NCBI GenBank assembly: GCA_965224705.1
Contig: OZ245056.1
Coordinates: 2,752,001-2,816,000 of the forward strand
Direction of reading: 5' to 3'
Source of the DNA: Spirochaetaceae bacterium
GTDB taxonomy: Bacteria > Spirochaetota > Spirochaetia > DSM-2461
Length of the DNA stretch: 64,000 nucleotides
Notes under the pieces: model-generated
The model's input: the letters and a program-made list of their open reading frames with translations, nothing else
Told to the model about the DNA's origin: nothing
Database searches by the model: none
Shown: in pieces, positions 59,808 to 64,000 of the stretch
Layout: the number at the start of each line of letters is the position of its first letter
Position numbering within the stretch: position 1 is the stretch's first letter
Made by a program: the position numbers and the translations under genes

Positions 59808-60809
59808 CTACACACCCCAGCGCAAGGCCGGAGTATGAACCGGAAATTCCCAGCATGAGAGCATGTCGTCGGAAGCCCTAACAACGGTGATTGAACAGCC
59901 CTGCATCTCAAGGGAAGTGATGTAATTTCCAATCAGTTTTCCCCTGATTGCGATCCCTTTCTTTTTCATGATCGCTGCCAATTCGTTGTACACGACATAC
60001 AGTTCAACGAGAGGCGTTCCGCCCATGCCGTTCACCATGACAATGGCATTGTCCCCTGATTTGAAAGGAAGATCCGTCAGCACGGCATCGGCCATCATTT
60101 CCGTCAATTCCCTGGCAGGCACGTGTTTCATTCGTGTTCTTCCCGGTTCTCCATGAATGCCGATCCCAAACTCCATGTCTTCACTGCCGAGATCGAAAGT
60201 TGGCTTCCCCGCCGCCGGGGTAATACAGGAAGTGAGAGCCATACCGATGGAGCGTCCGTTTGCGTTCACTTCCTTGCAAATATCGGTAACCTGCTGCAGA
60301 CTGCGGTTTTTCTCGGCAGCCGCACCGCAGATTTTTTCTGCGATAACCGTTGCACCGACACCCCGTCTTCCCGTTGTGTACAGGCTGTCCTTCACGGCAA
60401 CATCGTCATCCATGACAACGGCGGTGACCTTGATGCCGTTGGCTTCACAAAGCTCCTGGGCCATTTCAAAATTCATCACATCGCCGGTGTAGTTCTTCAC
60501 GATGTGGAGCACCCCTGCCCCGCCATCCACGGCCTTGGTGCAGGCCTCCATCTGATCCGGTGTCGGTGATGTGAAAATGTCACCTGGGCAGGCGCCGTCC
60601 AGCATACCGTACCCGACAAAGCCGCCATGCATCGGTTCGTGGCCGCTGCCGCCCCCTGAGATGATGGCCACTTTGTCCTTGATGGGCGACTTCGCTCTGA
60701 CAATGAAGTCAGGATTGTAATGAACAGTCACCAAATCTCCATGAGCAGCTTCCACACCACCCAGCGAATCCTTGACAACCGTCTCCGTGCTATTAATCAG
60801 TTTCTTCAT
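59808..60809 (-). CDS. dhaK: Dihydroxyacetone kinase substrate-binding subunit
   Basis: [27 protein letters not shown] and YITSLEM motifs. Confidence 0.96.
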   Translation of the reverse strand: MKKLINSTETVVKDSLGGVEAAHGDLVTVHYNPDFIVRAKSPIKDKVAIISGGGSGHEPMHGGFVGYGMLDGACPGDIFTSPTPDQMEACTKAVDGGAGVLHIVKNYTGDVMNFEMAQELCEANGIKVTAVVMDDDVAVKDSLYTTGRRGVGATVIAEKICGAAAEKNRSLQQVTDICKEVNANGRSIGMALTSCITPAAGKPTFDLGSEDMEFGIGIHGEPGRTRMKHVPARELTEMMADAVLTDLPFKSGDNAIVMVNGMGGTPLVELYVVYNELAAIMKKKGIAIRGKLIGNYITSLEMQGCSITVVRASDDMLSCWEFPVHTPALRWGV

Positions 60810-60840
60810 AACAAACCTCCTGCGGTTTTCAATCGTAACT

Positions 60841-60861
60841 TAACTTACATAAAGTAAGTTA
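60841..60861. promoter_or_regulatory. Palindromic operator candidate upstream of dhaK
   Basis: TAACTTAC-ATAAA-GTAAGTTA, perfect 8-5-8. Confidence 0.5.
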
Positions 60862-61092
60862 GTTCATCCAAAAAAAATAGCATGAAATGACTTGTGGGAA
60901 TGCTAAGGACAATTTCACAGGAACATGTCTCACCCCCTCGCATCAGGGAAAGGCTGGAAGTCCAACGATGCTTGAAAAGTTAATTATACTTTATACCCGA
61001 GAATTGTTTTTTCCACAAGAGCAATCCCGGGATTTTTTTAAAAAATTCAGACCTTTAATTGCCGAAACGCTGTCAAATCTCCCGGATCTCAG

Positions 61093-61201
61093 GAGTCTGT
61101 CGGACTTACGGAGCGCAGCTGGGCTGCGTGAGTATTTTGGCAACGCGGCAGCGGAAAAAAAGGGTGAAAATCGAGCCGTGAGGCGTAAGTCCGACAGGCT
61201 C
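61093..61201. mobile_element. 109-bp GAGTCTGTCGG-ended miniature element
   Basis: TIRs GAGTCTGTCGGACTTAC / GTAAGTCCGACAGGCTC; TCAG direct repeats at 61089-61092 and 61202-61205 (the latter includes the LacI-gene stop). Confidence 0.85.
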
Positions 61202-62224
61202 TCAGGATGTGGGAACTTCTCCGAGGGATTCTCTCTGGATGAACTCAGCCTGCAGTATCGTTGTTCTTGGCGGCGTTTCATTTTCAATCTTCTCAATGAT
61301 GCGCGCAGAAGCGATGGAGCCCAATTCACTTAGCGGCTGCTGAAATGTGGAGAGTGAAGGACTCGTATAGGGTGTGAATTCCTCGTTGTTGTCAAATCCT
61401 ATCAGAGAGAAGTTTTGTGGGCACCGCAGACCCTGTTCTCCGGCGGCGCGAAGAAAACCGATGGCCGACGCATCGTTCACCGCAAACACGCCTGTGAACG
61501 GCGGAAGCAGCGGCAGGTGCTTTCGAGTATGATTATACGCAGTGGTCGATGTATAGTCCCCATAAATTACTCGATCCTCACCCCAGGGGACTTTTGCTTC
61601 CTTGAGACTATCTTGAAAGCCTTTGCGGCGTTCGGCTGCAGCATAGGATGTATCCATGCCATGAATATAAATCAACTCTTTATGACCCTTTTCAAGCAGG
61701 GCCTTCGCCGCAGTTCGCCCGGCCTGGTAATTGTCAATGAAGACCTGATCCAGAGAGCTGTCATTCATATCCTGATCTGCAATGATGAGGTGTTTATGAA
61801 AATATCGCAGCTTTTTCAGTATTTCAGCATCTTCAGCCGTTCTCAGGGGGAAGTAGATGACTCCTTCTATCATTTTGTTATTGAGGAAATTCGAGAACTT
61901 TTCGCGTGAACTATGAATGGTGCTGTCAATATCGCGGGAGTAAAATATGGTACTGAAATAGCCCGAACAGGTCAGATGATTCTGTATCCCCTGGAGTGTT
62001 TCCCAGTAAAACGGGCCTATGCCCGGGAACAGTATACCAATGTGGTAGCTCCGGCCAGTTCTTAGAATACGTGCAGACTGATTGACCCTGTAGCCGGATT
62101 CAATGATGGCTTTTTTCACCCGATGAGCTGTATCTGGTTTGACTGCGTTGGGATTCGTAAGGTATCGAGATACTGTAGCGGCAGAAACATCTGCAAGCCT
62201 TGCCACATCACGCTGGTTGGACAT
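61202..62224 (-). CDS. LacI-family transcriptional regulator
   Basis: RDVARLADVSAATVSRYL HTH; SLIGFDN and LSTFQQP motifs. Confidence 0.94.
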   Translation of the reverse strand: MSNQRDVARLADVSAATVSRYLTNPNAVKPDTAHRVKKAIIESGYRVNQSARILRTGRSYHIGILFPGIGPFYWETLQGIQNHLTCSGYFSTIFYSRDIDSTIHSSREKFSNFLNNKMIEGVIYFPLRTAEDAEILKKLRYFHKHLIIADQDMNDSSLDQVFIDNYQAGRTAAKALLEKGHKELIYIHGMDTSYAAAERRKGFQDSLKEAKVPWGEDRVIYGDYTSTTAYNHTRKHLPLLPPFTGVFAVNDASAIGFLRAAGEQGLRCPQNFSLIGFDNNEEFTPYTSPSLSTFQQPLSELGSIASARIIEKIENETPPRTTILQAEFIQRESLGEVPTS

Positions 62225-62410
62225 AAATTCATCCTTCTTCCGTTACTTATGATAGTCCTGAATACCAGACAGCAACACGGTCACTTCAGGATGACCAGGA
62301 TTGCCAGTTCATCCTGCCATTCCTTCATCTTATCATCAAAGTTACAGCCGGTGTCAACCCTTCAAAAATTCACAGGACATCCAGATATTACAAAAAAAGC
62401 AATTTTTTTT

Positions 62411-62424
62411 TGAATACGTATACA
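62411..62424. promoter_or_regulatory. LacI-type operator O1
   Basis: TGAATACGTATACA, CG-centred palindrome just upstream of TTGACA (62432-62437). Confidence 0.65.
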
Positions 62425-62528
62425 TTTTCTCTTGACAGTTTTTCAACCATGGTCACAATGATTTTATCATGATAGGCCACTATGGTAAGATTATGATAGG
62501 ACTTTCTGATCTATGCGATGGGAGAGAT

Positions 62529-63401
62529 ATGGGGAATCAGAACAAAAACAGGATTTTCCGGTGCTTAAAATGGATACGTATTCATTTTAATCTGATCACA
62601 CTTATGATTATACTGCCCGGCTGTGTCACCAACTACCCAAAACATGTAATGGAGCCGCCCTGGATTCCCGCCGAATCAACAGGCAGCGATGACGGAACTG
62701 GAGGCAAACCCGACCCCAATACAAAGGTGCCGGTGTACTTCAGCGAAACAGATATTCCGGTTATCGACGGAACATTTACTGAATGGAACGGTCTGGATGG
62801 TCCCCTCACCCGCCTGGCGGTGTACGGTGGTTCTCATGTACCGGAAGATGCCGAAGCATTCTTTGTTCTCCGCACCGATGGAATCAATCTTTTCCTGTAC
62901 AGCCGGGTCAGCGATGATCTCCCGCATGAGAATTTCCTGCCAGGATCCATGGCCTGGAGGGGAGATACCGTTGAAATATTTTTCGGGCCCGCCACAGCCA
63001 GACATAGAAAATACCAGGATGGCGATAATCAGATACGTCTGGTACCCCGGAGCAGGGAAAACATAATGGAAGTGGATATTGTTATCAATCAACGAACCGT
63101 GGGAGCCTACATGGTAAGCAATCAGGAAGGAGCGGTATTTGCGGCGGCAGCCCGGTATTCTGAAAGCGGATATGAAATAGAGGCGGCCATACCCCTGAGT
63201 CTGATGATGATTGAAGGACTGAAGCCAGGCCGGAAGGTGCGCTGTGATTTCCAGGTCAACGATGCGGATGAATCCGAACGTGACCGCATGGTTCACTGGA
63301 TGAGTGAGAAAGACAACCCCTGGACTGACCCCTCTGTCTGGGGAGACGGCATCGTCGTTGAACTACCCGAAACTCGCAAGGAGGATCCCGATTATCTGTA
63401 A
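62529..63401 (+). CDS. Lipoprotein with a CBM9-like (DOMON-type) sugar-binding domain
   Basis: Lipobox LPGC; PVIDG..EW, VSDD, W.GD.VEIF, GYEIEAAIP and QVNDAD motifs; ATG 62529 after GGAG preferred over 62469. Confidence 0.78.
   Translation: MGNQNKNRIFRCLKWIRIHFNLITLMIILPGCVTNYPKHVMEPPWIPAESTGSDDGTGGKPDPNTKVPVYFSETDIPVIDGTFTEWNGLDGPLTRLAVYGGSHVPEDAEAFFVLRTDGINLFLYSRVSDDLPHENFLPGSMAWRGDTVEIFFGPATARHRKYQDGDNQIRLVPRSRENIMEVDIVINQRTVGAYMVSNQEGAVFAAAARYSESGYEIEAAIPLSLMMIEGLKPGRKVRCDFQVNDADESERDRMVHWMSEKDNPWTDPSVWGDGIVVELPETRKEDPDYL
62571..62584. promoter_or_regulatory. LacI-type operator O2
   Basis: AAAA-TGGATACGTATTCA-TTTT, near-identical to O1 and 160 bp downstream. Confidence 0.6.
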
Positions 63402-64000
63402 AAAACATTCTCTGGTACTATTACTCACTATTGCCGTATCGGTGATTTCACTGCCGGCCTCCCAGTGGGTCAAAACTGCGAAAGATCCCGAAATGGGCTG
63501 GCGGTTGATGGTGGATGGAAAACCAATGGCCATTCATGGCGTTGTGTGGTCGTTCACGCCGATTGGGGAGAATTACAGTTTCGATCTCTGGAGTCAATCC
63601 AGAAGCTACATAAAGGCCATGATCGACACCGATGGCGCCCTTATGCAGGAGATGGGGGTGAATGTTATCCGAGTTTTTACGGATGTTCCCCCGGAATGGG
63701 TAACCTATCTCTACCAGCAATACGGCATCTACACCGTCGTGAACGACCTGTTCGGCCGCTATGGTATGATGGTGGATGGCCGATGGCAGGGCCAAACCAA
63801 CTACGCGTCCCTGCGAACCCGAGAACTCATCCTCGAACAACTTTCCGAAAACATTAAACGCTATGTCGATGTTCCCGGCGTACTCTTTTACCTGCTTGGC
63901 AACGAGAACAACTACGGTCTGGAATGGGACAGCGACCGTATTGAAAATCTTCCTGTGGGACAGCGGCTGGAAATCCGGGCCGGATACCTCTACAGTCTCT
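63391..64000 (+). CDS. Secreted clan GH-A (GH2-like TIM-barrel) glycoside hydrolase, 5' part; probable ATT start
   Basis: Manual translation: signal peptide, ...LMVDGKP...PIGENY...MGVNVIRVF...YLLGNENNYGL (NE acid/base motif); open to window end, absent from the ORF track. Confidence 0.8.
   Translation, partial: MICKKHSLVLLLTIAVSVISLPASQWVKTAKDPEMGWRLMVDGKPMAIHGVVWSFTPIGENYSFDLWSQSRSYIKAMIDTDGALMQEMGVNVIRVFTDVPPEWVTYLYQQYGIYTVVNDLFGRYGMMVDGRWQGQTNYASLRTRELILEQLSENIKRYVDVPGVLFYLLGNENNYGLEWDSDRIENLPVGQRLEIRAGYLYSL

Noticed and set aside
63465..63857. 130-aa + strand ORF in the track
   Set aside because: Wrong frame; the real gene is the glycoside hydrolase frame open from 63391 to the window end.

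Overview
Bacterial chromosomal segment, most likely from a Spirochaetaceae-type spirochete (long ~900-aa GreA, tandem lepB-lepB-hemW, tamB-bamA-skp-mutS order, lipoproteins). Positions 1-43.3 kb are a mostly minus-strand housekeeping block (rpe, greA, murJ, tgt, lptFG, dut, pnp, rpsO, truB, rbfA, infB, nusA, rimP, comF, mutS, skp, bamA, tamB, tmk, queA, ruvCAB, yebC, hemW, lepB x2, smpB), followed by tmRNA (ssrA). Downstream of ssrA is a mosaic accessory region with no integrase: a frameshifted low-GC MFS gene, a SWIM-SNF2 helicase, a 1699-aa tandem Ig-like lipoprotein, DUF2200/DUF1801 genes, a PEP-dependent dihydroxyacetone kinase operon with a DhaM-HPr-full enzyme I fusion, and a LacI-controlled glycan-use locus. 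The most striking non-genic signal is a set of nested, modular miniature elements. These are an ISAs1-like MITE with a 9-bp TSD, a GAGTCTGTCGG-ended element with a 4-bp TSD, CGCAGAG-triplet inverted-repeat units and an ERIC-like core showing compensatory base changes. One element sits between the ssrA promoter and the first base of tmRNA and carries CsrA-type GGA loops. All calls are by-eye motif recognition; no searches were run.
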